Source: a virus | Taxonomy: Duplodnaviria; Caudoviricetes | Length of the DNA stretch: 41,254 nt | Direction: 5' to 3' (one strand) | IMG/VR virus record: IMGVR_UViG_3300027863_000071 | Location: 1 to 41,254 of that record | Shown here: piece after piece, positions 27,462-37,145 of the stretch | How the letters are laid out: every line of letters begins with the position of its first letter | Numbering within the stretch: position 1 is the first letter of the stretch | Position numbers and translations under genes: made by a program | The notes under the pieces: generated by a model | Seen by the model: the letters and a program-made list of their open reading frames with translations, nothing else | Databases searched by the model: none | Told to the model about the DNA's origin: nothing

Positions 27462-28448
27462 TTATTCTTCTATTCCTGCCTGCCTATAAGCTTCTGTCAT
27501 TATTGCTTCAGCTTCTTCTTCTGGTGTTGCAAATTTCCTTGAGCTTAAATCAGAGTGTCGCCTTGTAGGTCTATGAGTATATCTGCTACGCTGTTTATTA
27601 AGCTTATCCAGAAGCCTTTGCTCGGCAGCTTTTTCGCCTTCTTGGTTTTTATGTTTTCTAACTTCTATTTCAATCGCCTTTTCTATTGGGATATTCCTAA
27701 GTCTGCTCGTTAAATCAGCGTGCGCCCATAATTCTTGCCTCAATGCTATTTGCCTATTATTCAAATTAGCAGAATTTCCCAAATCAGGTAATTCTTTACT
27801 GAAGCGGTCGAAACAACTATCTACCCGCGTGATGTAAGCCAGTTCTCGTTCAGACTGCAACCGTTTTTGTTCTTCAGTCAACATCTTTCGCTGTTCACTT
27901 AATTGAGCAGCGATTTTTTCAATTGCCATTTTAACATCAGGGTCAACTTTGTCTGGGTCGAGATTGAATTTAAGTTCCTCAAATTCCTGTGCTTTTTGTT
28001 CATCAACGGCCTTTTTATCTGCCTCGGCAGAAGGGATTGTAGGCCCACCTTGTTGTTCGGCGTCCAGTAATTCTCGTAATTGATAAGGCAAATCAGGGTT
28101 AATTTTTATTTGACGAGCAATTTCGTCATCATCCCAGCCGTAATCACGGCATATTTGAAGGACATCGGCGTCAATATCCTTCAGCGCTGAACTCGTTTCA
28201 GCTTCTTGGGTTTGTCCTTCCTCAGGACTAACTTTAGCTCCCTCAGGAGTTATATCGCTATCTTTTGCGACTTCTTCTTCGCCCGCAGGCGTCATAGACA
28301 AGATTTCTTCCATTTTTTCAGCAAACATCTCTTGGTCAGATTTTGGCTGTTGAGTAGTATCTTGCTCAACAACTTCGCCTTCTTGCTGATTTGGCTCAAC
28401 TTGCTCGGCATTATCAGTATTGTATTCTCGTTCATCTACCATTTTCAT
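27462..28448 (-). CDS. Scaffolding protein
   Basis: Very acidic N-half, coiled coil; between portal and capsid. Confidence 0.75.
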   Translation of the reverse strand: MKMVDEREYNTDNAEQVEPNQQEGEVVEQDTTQQPKSDQEMFAEKMEEILSMTPAGEEEVAKDSDITPEGAKVSPEEGQTQEAETSSALKDIDADVLQICRDYGWDDDEIARQIKINPDLPYQLRELLDAEQQGGPTIPSAEADKKAVDEQKAQEFEELKFNLDPDKVDPDVKMAIEKIAAQLSEQRKMLTEEQKRLQSERELAYITRVDSCFDRFSKELPDLGNSANLNNRQIALRQELWAHADLTSRLRNIPIEKAIEIEVRKHKNQEGEKAAEQRLLDKLNKQRSRYTHRPTRRHSDLSSRKFATPEEEAEAIMTEAYRQAGIEE

Positions 28449-28459
28449 TTCCTTTCAAT

Positions 28460-28774
28460 TTATTCTAATTCTACCATTCCTCTTCGTTTCATTTCAAATA
28501 ATTTATGTTTTCTATTTCTTATCAATAATTGTCCTTTTTCATTATACACTGAACCTGGGTATAATTTTACTGCTTGCGGTATTTGCCTCGGGTTAACACC
28601 CATAGTATTAGACCATCGTGGTCTATCAACCAAATCGGTATTCACACGACTGAAAATTCTCCGCATCCAATGACCACAAACAGAACACATAATTCTGGAT
28701 TTATTGAAAATCCGCTTCATATACTTTTCATCTTTATAGCCACAATTTTCACACACAAACTCATATATTGGCAT
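28460..28774 (-). CDS. FmdB-family zinc-ribbon protein
   Basis: MPIYEFVCENCG...CSVCG..MRRIFS. Confidence 0.85.
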   Translation of the reverse strand: MPIYEFVCENCGYKDEKYMKRIFNKSRIMCSVCGHWMRRIFSRVNTDLVDRPRWSNTMGVNPRQIPQAVKLYPGSVYNEKGQLLIRNRKHKLFEMKRRGMVELE

Positions 28775-28775
28775 A

Positions 28776-29195
28776 CTAATGTTTCCCGAAACAGAAATAC
28801 TCTATTGCTGTTGACGATGTTGAACCTTTAATTCTTATATATTTTCCGCTTCCTAATCCTTGCGATGAACCGCCGAAATTCAAATATGTTGCTTCGCCAG
28901 CCCCAAGGGTGATATTACCTTGCGTAGTTAGCGGCGTTCCCGTGCCATCATCATTAACAAGTATTCCTACATAATCTGTTCCTGCCGTGCCTTTAGCTAT
29001 AATTAAAACGCCAAGCAAGTCAGTGCTTGCTATCCCGCCCAAATCAAGATTTGTTGCCGTATTGCCTATTACAGTATATCCATAAAAAACCTCTTCGGGC
29101 GTAATGTTGTGTGTAAATCTCGTCTCCAGCGATGATGTTTCTGAAGTCAAATCTTCTATTTCTACTTTTAATGACACCTTTGCTAAAGCCGTCAT
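28776..29195 (-). CDS. Hypothetical beta-rich virion-associated protein
   Basis: Coupled to the portal stop; LDLGGI, LGAGEA. Confidence 0.65.
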   Translation of the reverse strand: MTALAKVSLKVEIEDLTSETSSLETRFTHNITPEEVFYGYTVIGNTATNLDLGGIASTDLLGVLIIAKGTAGTDYVGILVNDDGTGTPLTTQGNITLGAGEATYLNFGGSSQGLGSGKYIRIKGSTSSTAIEYFCFGKH

Positions 29196-30913
29196 AACGA
29201 TATCTCCTTCGTCGTTTTGCCCAATCTGGCCGTTTCGGCCGCTAATTTATTATTAAGATTATCTGCTTCAGATGCGCCAAATCTTTGGTCGCTGCTTCTC
29301 ATACCCAGACCCATCTGCTGATACGGATTCATACTCACAGGTGTGGGAACAGAAGGAAGGAACCACGAATCTGTATTGACATCCATATAAGTAGCAAGTT
29401 CTTGCGTAATAGCCCTGATGTTTAATGTTTGTCCCTGAAGAGTAGCTACTTGCATAGTAGGCAAAATCCATCCCGTCAACAATTGCATCATTCTTTGGAA
29501 CCGTGCTTCCGGATTTAACCGCTGCATACTGAACAATTCTATATCTAAGTAATAGTCAGTAAATTCGCCTTCTTGTTGAAGCTGATTATAAATGCTGGCA
29601 ATTTCCTCGCCCGCCACATTTTTAATAGTTGCAATCTGTATAGTTGGATTCTGCCACATCTCATAAGCTAATTTTTCTGCAATGCTCGATGCAAAATAAT
29701 GAACTGTTTGGCTCATCATATCCAATGTTTTGGAAGCATTAGCCATCAAAAGCTGTTCTTGTCCCAGCGTCCTTGCCGCCGTTCGCAGGCCACCGGTAGT
29801 AAATAGATTACCACCTTGTTCTGAAAATTGAGCTAATGTAAATGCCAGAAAGTCATAAAGCTCTGGGACTACACCGCCTAACGTCAACTCCTTCACGGAT
29901 TGGGCGTTAGACAAGCCCAACATATCGCCATCTTTAGCTTCCTTGGCTACCATCGCATCTTGTTCGCTACCACCTTCGTAAACACCTACTTTTTTCAACC
30001 GTTCAGCTTGGTTTCTGGCTTTTACAAATAGAGTATTTATCGCCGCATCAAGCTCCATAAGGCCGTAAATTGGAGGAATAGGCAAGGTAGAACCTCGCAT
30101 ATATTTATAGCCCAAACAATCATAGGGACCACTTTCTGGGCCGTCATATGGAATTGTTTTAATAATTTTGTTGAATCCCTTTTCAGGCGGTAGAATTGTT
30201 ATAATAACTTTCTCTCTCGGCAGCCATAAATCTATAAAACGAGTATAATCGTGAAGTTCGTTATAACTAATCCTATCCGGATTAACAACTGTTTTGGGAT
30301 GGTCTTCGCCGTATAGCTTAAAATCTGGCGTAATCTTGTCGGCAAATTTAGGATATTCCTCTTTTGCTTCTTCAGTAGGCAATATATATTCATCGCCTTC
30401 AAATTCATATTGTTCTCTATCTTTTGCCGTTATATCAAAAACATAATTCTGTTCATCAACCACTTCGGCATAAGGCCGCCCTTCGACAGTTAAGTATCCT
30501 GCCAATCTTTTAATATCTGCGTGGCAAGTGCCTGTCTTAACTATTCCCATCCCAAATAAACTATTCAAAACTGCTGGTTGCAACGTTCGCTGAGCAAACT
30601 TCATCGCTTTTAGCCAATGATTTAATGCCAATTGAAACGTGTATGCAAACGGTTTCAATTGCAAATTGATTTTTGGCCTGACGACAATTTTAGGCAATCC
30701 ACCAACTAAGAAAGGAAGCCAAATAGAAACGGCTCTATCTATAAGATTTATCGGGTGGGGGTCTTGCGTAAGCCCTTTTTGATAATAACCAGAAGCATAA
30801 GCACGCAACATTTTAGCGTTTTTATCGTCGGTAACTTTCTTCAATCTTCGGCACGCAAGAATTGCCTTATTAAGCCTTTGAACAAAATTTATTTTGTTAG
30901 TTTGCTGTGGCAT
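29192..30913 (-). CDS. Portal protein
   Basis: 573 aa after TerL; PINLI, SLFGMGIVKTG, ARTLGQEQLL. Confidence 0.85.
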   Translation of the reverse strand: MPQQTNKINFVQRLNKAILACRRLKKVTDDKNAKMLRAYASGYYQKGLTQDPHPINLIDRAVSIWLPFLVGGLPKIVVRPKINLQLKPFAYTFQLALNHWLKAMKFAQRTLQPAVLNSLFGMGIVKTGTCHADIKRLAGYLTVEGRPYAEVVDEQNYVFDITAKDREQYEFEGDEYILPTEEAKEEYPKFADKITPDFKLYGEDHPKTVVNPDRISYNELHDYTRFIDLWLPREKVIITILPPEKGFNKIIKTIPYDGPESGPYDCLGYKYMRGSTLPIPPIYGLMELDAAINTLFVKARNQAERLKKVGVYEGGSEQDAMVAKEAKDGDMLGLSNAQSVKELTLGGVVPELYDFLAFTLAQFSEQGGNLFTTGGLRTAARTLGQEQLLMANASKTLDMMSQTVHYFASSIAEKLAYEMWQNPTIQIATIKNVAGEEIASIYNQLQQEGEFTDYYLDIELFSMQRLNPEARFQRMMQLLTGWILPTMQVATLQGQTLNIRAITQELATYMDVNTDSWFLPSVPTPVSMNPYQQMGLGMRSSDQRFGASEADNLNNKLAAETARLGKTTKEISL

Positions 30914-30923
30914 AGGAATAAAC

Positions 30924-32921
30924 CTAATCGAAATTTAACCATATTTTCATTTTATCCTTTTTAGCCAACTGCTCTTGTCTTTGTCGGCGTTTTCGCCATT
31001 CTAACGAACCAACGATATTCGCTTCAAACTTAGCAGCGGCTTTGTATTGGTCGCAAGCAGCAAGGCAACATAGCGCATCTGCCACTACGCGGTCGCCGTG
31101 TGCCGCTTTAGCGCCGCCAGAATCAGACATACAACTGGACAATACTATTCTTCCGCCGTCGAAAATATAATCTTCAGCTTCACGTAATGAATCGCTATCT
31201 GGATTTATGAAAATCTTCTCATTCATTCTCGGTCTAAAGCACGCCGTCATTGCAGCATTATACATAGCAAACAATTGTAGTAAGTTATTAGGATTATTCC
31301 ACCATCCTAAAATCTGTGATTTTTGATGAAAACCACGCTTTTCTACTGATGATTTGCAGATAAATGAATAGCCCAGTTCTCTAATTCTTTTAAGAAATAC
31401 TTGACCTATACCGTTTGCTTCAAAATTAAGCAGCGGTTGCTTCGACATACCTCCTACCCATTTTCCTATTGCAACTACAATTTCTGCAAATTGTTCTGGT
31501 AAAGTATGAGAGTCTGCCCAGCAACCAACTTTTGTTCTCGTATCAACATCGAATATCGAACAAACAGAATTGCTTTGTCCCTGCCCAAGGGAAATATCGC
31601 AGCCTAAAACATAGTTATGATTTTGAACTGGTCTTGCTCCACCCAATTCGCCCCACCATTTTAATCTTCCTCTGCCACCATTAACAAATTTAACATTACT
31701 GATTTTATTATCATAAGAATCAAATAAGATTTCGCCAACATATGAAGGCTTTCTGACATATTGACAAATCATTTGATTGATTGTAGCGGGCGAGAAAACT
31801 CCTTCACTAGCGCCAATCTCATTCATATCAAGGTTTGTAGCAACATCTAAATCAGTTCGCTCGGCTTCTTGCTTATCATACCACGGGCTTCGCCATTTTG
31901 GTTTATCTGGAGTTCCACCATCAGCAATAAAAGATATTTTTAGTTCAGGATGTTTGTAAAGCAGTTCCGTTTCAAGTTCAGAATAAGTTATTTCTTGCCC
32001 TTTGGAATACTTATTAAATACATCGGGGGCTAATCGCCTGTAATAATCAATATCCTCAATTACAATCTTATTCAAATCAGGCGACCAGTATAAACCTTCT
32101 GCCTTAAACGGATGCAACCACCATCCAAGTGCCATTTTTATAACGCCTTTCTGCGACCCCATACGACTGAACGGATGGCTCCGATATTCGCTCGTTCCAA
32201 GAAAAATCCTGCAAGCAGCAGTATCTGTCAAAGCTCTATCCATAGCCTCCGCTTCTGCGTGAGGAACTGCAGGAAATTCATCGCAGAATGCCCACGTGCG
32301 CCTTCCACCTTTTCCTACGCTTTCAACGGTAGCTTCGCCGTCGATAATAGAACCGTTCCAAAGATTTTCTAAGTGACGGTCTGTGCGGGTATATTCAGGT
32401 ATTACCCATTCAGGCAAATGCTGAAGCATAAAATCTAATTTCCAAAATAGTGTATCGGGATTGCCTTTCTTATCAACAAGCTCTTCTTTACGGCTTGTTA
32501 TTAAGCCCTTAATGCGTGGGGTAAATAGCCACAAATTCAGACCACAGCCAAGAATAAGCCACGTTGCGCCTACTTCTCTTGATTTTTTTATCTGAACCTT
32601 GCCGCCATTAAGCATTAAATGTGTAATTTCTTCTATCTTTTCATCCTGCCACGGCCAAGTAATAAACGGCCAAACTCCGTATGGCCGGATATTTGGCTTA
32701 GGTTGCTCCGTCCAGAACATTGTTTTGAACGTAATCTGAGGTTTAAGGCGGCATTTTTCCACAAAATCATTTCGTATCTGTTTATCCGCCTGCGCCAGGA
32801 AGCTGTGCAACGCTATCCGGAACCTCAGATTTTCCTTCGGATTTGTCGGCACTTTGCTCAAGAACATCTCTGGAGAGAGACTCAATAACTTTTCTAATTC
32901 TTTCTGCTGGTTGGCTGTCAT
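30924..32921 (-). CDS. terL: Terminase large subunit
   Basis: PFITWPWQ, KSREVGATW (Walker A), AFCDEF (Walker B), LGCDIS, FEANGIG, HGDRVVADAL. Confidence 0.92.
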   Translation of the reverse strand: MTANQQKELEKLLSLSPEMFLSKVPTNPKENLRFRIALHSFLAQADKQIRNDFVEKCRLKPQITFKTMFWTEQPKPNIRPYGVWPFITWPWQDEKIEEITHLMLNGGKVQIKKSREVGATWLILGCGLNLWLFTPRIKGLITSRKEELVDKKGNPDTLFWKLDFMLQHLPEWVIPEYTRTDRHLENLWNGSIIDGEATVESVGKGGRRTWAFCDEFPAVPHAEAEAMDRALTDTAACRIFLGTSEYRSHPFSRMGSQKGVIKMALGWWLHPFKAEGLYWSPDLNKIVIEDIDYYRRLAPDVFNKYSKGQEITYSELETELLYKHPELKISFIADGGTPDKPKWRSPWYDKQEAERTDLDVATNLDMNEIGASEGVFSPATINQMICQYVRKPSYVGEILFDSYDNKISNVKFVNGGRGRLKWWGELGGARPVQNHNYVLGCDISLGQGQSNSVCSIFDVDTRTKVGCWADSHTLPEQFAEIVVAIGKWVGGMSKQPLLNFEANGIGQVFLKRIRELGYSFICKSSVEKRGFHQKSQILGWWNNPNNLLQLFAMYNAAMTACFRPRMNEKIFINPDSDSLREAEDYIFDGGRIVLSSCMSDSGGAKAAHGDRVVADALCCLAACDQYKAAAKFEANIVGSLEWRKRRQRQEQLAKKDKMKIWLNFD

Positions 32922-33576
32922 ATCCTTCGTCTTTTTTAAGGAAAAGCTCTTTTCTAAATTCGTTAGGAAATTTGTTACATAGCAAGAATGTAAATAATGT
33001 AGCGTTAGCTGGCTGAAATTTTCTTGTTATTTCTTTTCTTATCTCTATCCATTTATCTTCTTCGCAAGTAGCCTCAGAATTTCTCTGATATACTGTTTTA
33101 ACTTCATCGTAATAAAAACCAACAGATTGAGCCACTAATGAACGGAGAAGCTTGCCGTGCAAAAACTCCATCGCCTCTTGATATGCCTTGCCAAAAAGCT
33201 GTTCATCTGATTTAGTTATTCGATGAGAATCAAAAATAGTTTTAACAACTCTTTCGCACAGCCACGGAATACTGCTATATATATCACCTTCTTCAATAGT
33301 GGCATACACTCTTCTTTTGCTATCTACAGGAGGCTTAGTATCTGCCTGCTTTGATTCAACTTTTTCATCTTCTTTTTCAGGAAGTGAACGTCTGTATTTA
33401 TCATACTCTTTCCTATATATACTCTGACAATTTTTACACCAAGAATGAAGACTATCTGTGTTGTGGGGGTTTCGCGAAAATTCTTCCACAGGTTTGCACT
33501 GCTTACATTTTGCACAAATTTTCGTCTTTATTTCAGTAAATCTTTTAGTTATTTCTATTTTTTCTGGTTTCCGCAT
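32782..33576 (-). CDS. terS: Terminase small subunit-like protein with an N-terminal Zn finger
   Basis: CAKCKQCKPVEEF...SWCKNC; SVGFYYDEVK...ITRKFQPANATLFTFLLCNKFPNEFR; directly upstream of terL. Confidence 0.7.
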   Translation of the reverse strand: MRKPEKIEITKRFTEIKTKICAKCKQCKPVEEFSRNPHNTDSLHSWCKNCQSIYRKEYDKYRRSLPEKEDEKVESKQADTKPPVDSKRRVYATIEEGDIYSSIPWLCERVVKTIFDSHRITKSDEQLFGKAYQEAMEFLHGKLLRSLVAQSVGFYYDEVKTVYQRNSEATCEEDKWIEIRKEITRKFQPANATLFTFLLCNKFPNEFRKELFLKKDEGYDSQPAERIRKVIESLSRDVLEQSADKSEGKSEVPDSVAQLPGAGG

Positions 33577-33581
33577 AATAA

Positions 33582-33923
33582 TTATACTCGATAAAAGATA
33601 TATACAATCGCATCATTTTGAGAAGAGTAAAAATACAACTTACTAACATCGTCAATATCAAAATCAATAGCTTCCGCCTGATGAGTATCGCCGTTAAATG
33701 AGCCGAGCGGAAAACTATCTTCATCAGCTGGAGAGCAGAAATTCACTCTTACAAGCGCGTTATTACCTTCATCTTCTTTCACCTTACACGTTCGACACGG
33801 CAGAGATATTCCATCATTAGCTTGTGCAACGCCGCCACTAAGAGTAACTTTAAGAACTCCGCCAGATATTGAATTTATGTTAGTATTAAGATTGGATGTT
33901 ATAACCGCTTCCGCCATTTTCAT
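33582..33923 (-). CDS. Hypothetical beta protein, paralog of 34823-35128
   Basis: NLxTNIN..SGG...GGxAQ...PCRxC...PxDxDS...LYFY shared. Confidence 0.8.
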   Translation of the reverse strand: MKMAEAVITSNLNTNINSISGGVLKVTLSGGVAQANDGISLPCRTCKVKEDEGNNALVRVNFCSPADEDSFPLGSFNGDTHQAEAIDFDIDDVSKLYFYSSQNDAIVYIFYRV

Positions 33924-33929
33924 TTCCTT

Positions 33930-34826
33930 TCATAAAGCCGCAGTCAAAATTTCTGTTCCGTCCAAATTCAACGTAGGTGTCAATTGAAAATTCTCTGTGC
34001 CTCTACCATTATTCCAAAGTATTGATATTTCTTCATCAGTAAGAGTTCTTTTAAAAATCATCATATCATCAAAGGCTCGGTCAAGTGGCAAATAAAGAGG
34101 AATCAATCCCCATTTGCCAATAAATATTTCAATAACAGGCTCTTCAGGGTCAGTTTCGATAGGATTAGTAAATCCCGCTCCCTCAAATTTACCATCAATA
34201 TATAGCTTCATTTGTCCGATATCGCCGCTATACATCATTACAAGACAATGCCACGGATGAGGAATTCTATTTTCAAAAGCCATTTGACTTCTTACAATTA
34301 TACCTTGATTACTTCCAATAATAGCTCTATTTTCTGTATCATTTCCAATGAAATAATACTGTATGTTGCCTTCTCGTCCTGTTGCATCTCCTACGTAAAA
34401 CAAATATGCATTGGCAGTCACAATAACATTTTTCCAAAAAACTACTGTCCAATCTTGTCCGGCTGTAAATAATCTCGCAATTTCGTTATTATAAGGATGA
34501 CCTAAATAAAACCCTTCTTCTTCATCGAAATTGAAAAAATTCATCTTCGTTGTATCATTATATCTACACGCTATACCTGTAGTATTTGAATGTAATAACC
34601 TTGTCGGGAAGGGATTTCCATCTATATCATAAGCGTATATAATATTATTATTGCCCGAACTATCTGACACGATATTAGTGTCGGAGTTATCGTCGCATTT
34701 CCAATAAACTAAGCACGACTGCTCCATTGATGGCACAGATGTGTCTTGCCCCCCACCACCATTGCCGAAAAAATATACAACAGTTTTGACTGCTCGCTTA
34801 ACGAAATCATTTAACCATTTAATCAT
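33930..34826 (-). CDS. LamG / concanavalin-A-like lectin-domain protein
   Basis: VYWKCDD, WTVVFW, WHCLVMMY, KLYIDG, DDMMIFKRTLTDEEISILWNNG. Confidence 0.85.
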   Translation of the reverse strand: MIKWLNDFVKRAVKTVVYFFGNGGGGQDTSVPSMEQSCLVYWKCDDNSDTNIVSDSSGNNNIIYAYDIDGNPFPTRLLHSNTTGIACRYNDTTKMNFFNFDEEEGFYLGHPYNNEIARLFTAGQDWTVVFWKNVIVTANAYLFYVGDATGREGNIQYYFIGNDTENRAIIGSNQGIIVRSQMAFENRIPHPWHCLVMMYSGDIGQMKLYIDGKFEGAGFTNPIETDPEEPVIEIFIGKWGLIPLYLPLDRAFDDMMIFKRTLTDEEISILWNNGRGTENFQLTPTLNLDGTEILTAAL

Positions 34827-35128
34827 ACAAAGTACTCTATATCTATTATGTCACCTTCAGTATTACCATAAAAATACAACAAATTCAGATTATGAATTGC
34901 ATACGGAGTCAACGTAGGATAGCCAGCTAAACCGACACCGCTATCTGCATCGCAAGGCGAACCAACGCGAACGCGAATAACATTATTGCCAGAACGAGAT
35001 TGCAATCTACAATAACGACAAGGAATATTCGGTCCTTGTGCCGTGCCGCCAGAGCCAATAGTTACTGCTACCGACCCTCCACTTTGAACGTTAATATTCG
35101 TTTTAAGATTTCTCGTATCAATAGACAT
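34823..35128 (-). CDS. Hypothetical beta protein, paralog of 33582-33923
   Basis: Shared motifs; ATGA coupling to the LamG gene. Confidence 0.8.
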   Translation of the reverse strand: MSIDTRNLKTNINVQSGGSVAVTIGSGGTAQGPNIPCRYCRLQSRSGNNVIRVRVGSPCDADSGVGLAGYPTLTPYAIHNLNLLYFYGNTEGDIIDIEYFV

Positions 35129-35147
35129 AATTTTTTAACCCTTAAAC

Positions 35148-35411
35148 CTAAAATGTTGCTGTTTTTTTTAAAGTGCTTTCTTGCTTTGGCTCAATCTGAG
35201 GCTCTCCGGCTATCTTCGGCATAACACCAAATGCTTTAGCTGTGCAAGACCAGCACCAGACAAATTCTTCTTTGCCAAATTGTTTTTTAACTTCTGCAAG
35301 GGCTTCTTGCTGCCGTTGATTACGAACGGTGCCGCGAACCATCAACGCAAAACCATATAAATCAGTACAATCTTTCCCACAACCATCACAAATCAATCTT
35401 CCAATAATCAT
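35148..35411 (-). CDS. Zn-finger hypothetical protein
   Basis: CDGCGKD...WCWSC; AAGGA RBS. Confidence 0.75.
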   Translation of the reverse strand: MIIGRLICDGCGKDCTDLYGFALMVRGTVRNQRQQEALAEVKKQFGKEEFVWCWSCTAKAFGVMPKIAGEPQIEPKQESTLKKTATF

Positions 35412-35416
35412 AAAAT

Positions 35417-35596
35417 TTATCCTTTACTTTTTTTCATTCTTGCTTTTTTTATTATTGCACGAGGAATATTAGCTCCGCTTTTTCTTGCAGTACTAAGAGC
35501 AATCGCAACCGCTTGCTTGGGCGGATAACCACTAGCTATCAGCTCTCTAATATTTTCACTGATAGTTTGGCGCGATGTACCTTTCTTCAGCGGCAT
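35417..35596 (-). CDS. Small basic phage protein, MPLKKG...QAVAIALS type (59 aa; not in ORF track)
   Basis: [41 protein letters not shown]... Confidence 0.8.
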   Translation of the reverse strand: MPLKKGTSRQTISENIRELIASGYPPKQAVAIALSTARKSGANIPRAIIKKARMKKSKG

Positions 35597-35601
35597 AAAT
35601 A

Positions 35602-35778
35602 TTATGCATTTAGTTTACGTAAAGTTAAAGCCAATCTCGCTCGCTGGCCAAGTTTCCCTTTAGCTTGTGCCGCCTTCTGTAATATCGCCACGGGTATTTT
35701 CTTGCCAGCAGGCACACCAAGCTGCTTTTTAAAAGCCCCTGGTTTTTTAATTGCTTTTTGTATCCATTTTTCTGCCAT
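35602..35778 (-). CDS. Small basic phage protein, [12 protein letters not shown] type (58 aa; not in ORF track)
   Basis: [29 protein letters not shown]...[16 protein letters not shown]; GAGG RBS. Confidence 0.8.
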   Translation of the reverse strand: MAEKWIQKAIKKPGAFKKQLGVPAGKKIPVAILQKAAQAKGKLGQRARLALTLRKLNA

Positions 35779-35784
35779 TGCTTA

Positions 35785-36057
35785 CTACCTCGTCTGCCTT
35801 CTACCTCTAAGTATTCTTTCTATTTCTTCAGCATCAGCTCCGCTAGCGCCTTCAATGCTCGGAGCACCTGTTCTGCGGGCGTATTCTACCAATGGATACG
35901 GGCTGGGCGGCGGAAGTTCGCCATAATTAAATCTATACCATTGCTCTTTTGTCATACGTTCTGGGCCGGCTTTTCGCAAATAATCTTGCCACTGCCGCTC
36001 CCGCTCGGCTTGGGTATGTCTGGCAAAGATGCGCCTCGCAAGCTCTTCACTTGCCAT
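35785..36057 (-). CDS. Hypothetical protein, first gene of the late operon
   Basis: GGAGA RBS before MASEELARR. Confidence 0.65.
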   Translation of the reverse strand: MASEELARRIFARHTQAERERQWQDYLRKAGPERMTKEQWYRFNYGELPPPSPYPLVEYARRTGAPSIEGASGADAEEIERILRGRRQTR

Positions 36058-36116
36058 AGGAAATTCTCCCACATTAACTATTTTTACTTTTTTATTCGTT
36101 AAAGCACTCATATCCG

Positions 36117-36146
36117 ATACTATCGTAATAAACCAATTTGCGTCAA
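36117..36146 (-). promoter_or_regulatory. Candidate promoter for the late operon
   Basis: Minus strand TTGACG, 18 bp, TAGTAT upstream of the first late gene. Confidence 0.45.
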
Positions 36147-36382
36147 GATAAATTTTCAAAATTTGAAAATTTTACCGCTTTTGTGATTGACTTCAACTGC
36201 AAGATTTGATAGAGCGAAAGGTAGAGAAAAGTAAAAAGTGCTGATTGTGGTTTGCTTTTGGGCACAGATTAGAAAGGGATTTCGAACACAAATTAAAAGG
36301 GATTTTAAATTAAGCGCACTATGTATCGCGATTTATCTCCAGAGGTTGGTCTCGGCTACAAACCAAAGAGCAAACCCTTTCG

Positions 36383-36502
36383 AAGGCGGCAGGAGGTTCC
36401 TCCGCGGTTGCGGCGTTTCCACACTAGCAACCACCCTAAGGCTGCAACCCAATCCGTGTCTAGGGGTTTTCCCTTTCCCCCACTTTCCTGCCGCTTTTTT
36501 TA
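36383..36502 (+). ncRNA. Structured leader or ncRNA candidate
   Basis: GCGGCAGGA (36386-36394) pairs with TCCTGCCGC (36486-36494) followed by a T run; inner GGTTGCGGC/GCTGCAACC stem. Confidence 0.45.
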
Positions 36503-36526
36503 TTAAATTTGGAAAGGAAGTGAGCA

Positions 36527-36829
36527 ATGGAAAATCCGACAAAGGAAAATCTGGAAGAAATCATACATACTGTAACCCTAGTAGGTCAGCAGGTCGAAGC
36601 TGGGGCTAAATCCTTGTGCAAGATTCTAAAATCCTTGTGCTGCTGGTGTGCAGGATTGATTTTCACGGTACTTATTCTGTTTCTTGGGATTATCTTTATA
36701 GCCTGTGGCGTCCTTGCCCTTTTGGAACCGGTGATGGGGCGCGGTTGCGCCGCGGTCGTAGTTGGGATTGTTACTATGCTGATAGGTCTGGCCGTAATGG
36801 GCTTTGCCTCAGCCTGCTCAAAGAGGTGA
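36527..36829 (+). CDS. Two-TM membrane protein (holin-family or exclusion-like)
   Basis: Two long hydrophobic helices; AAGGA RBS. Confidence 0.65.
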   Translation: MENPTKENLEEIIHTVTLVGQQVEAGAKSLCKILKSLCCWCAGLIFTVLILFLGIIFIACGVLALLEPVMGRGCAAVVVGIVTMLIGLAVMGFASACSKR

Positions 36830-37037
36830 GAAGAGCAATGGAATACTATTTCTTTTTCTCTTTTTCTTTTTCTTTCTTTCTTTTATATTTCTTTCTTTCT
36901 TTTGCTTACTTTTATTTATTATTAAATAATATACTAGTATGGTATGACTCTTTTTCTCTTTTTCTTTTCTTTGTACTACTTTCTTTTCTTTTCTCTTTTT
37001 TGATGGTTGTTTATGAGGTGCAAGATGGCCGGAAACG

Positions 37038-37088
37038 TTCCGAGCCGCAAATACTCATTCCGAGCCGCCCTAAACCGCCCCGAGCCGG
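37038..37088 (+). promoter_or_regulatory. Three CCGAGCCG direct repeats at 20-bp period (operator-like)
   Basis: Copies at 37040, 37060 and 37080, upstream of the first AlpA gene. Confidence 0.6.
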
Positions 37089-37145
37089 AAATTCCCCGCG
37101 GCGTTGCGTGAAATAGTAGGTGTTTATACTGGAAGGAGGTACATT

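Noticed and set aside
10025-35926. Plus-strand ORFs within the late region (e.g. 10025, 13267, 26314, 28206, 35513)
   Set aside because: Antisense shadows of well-supported minus-strand genes.
36368-36400. c-di-GMP-I riboswitch (GCAAACC...)
   Set aside because: The downstream GACGCAAAGC element is missing.
36616-37116. 166-aa ORF with a Phe-rich stretch
   Set aside because: Overlaps a better gene and merely translates the pyrimidine tract.
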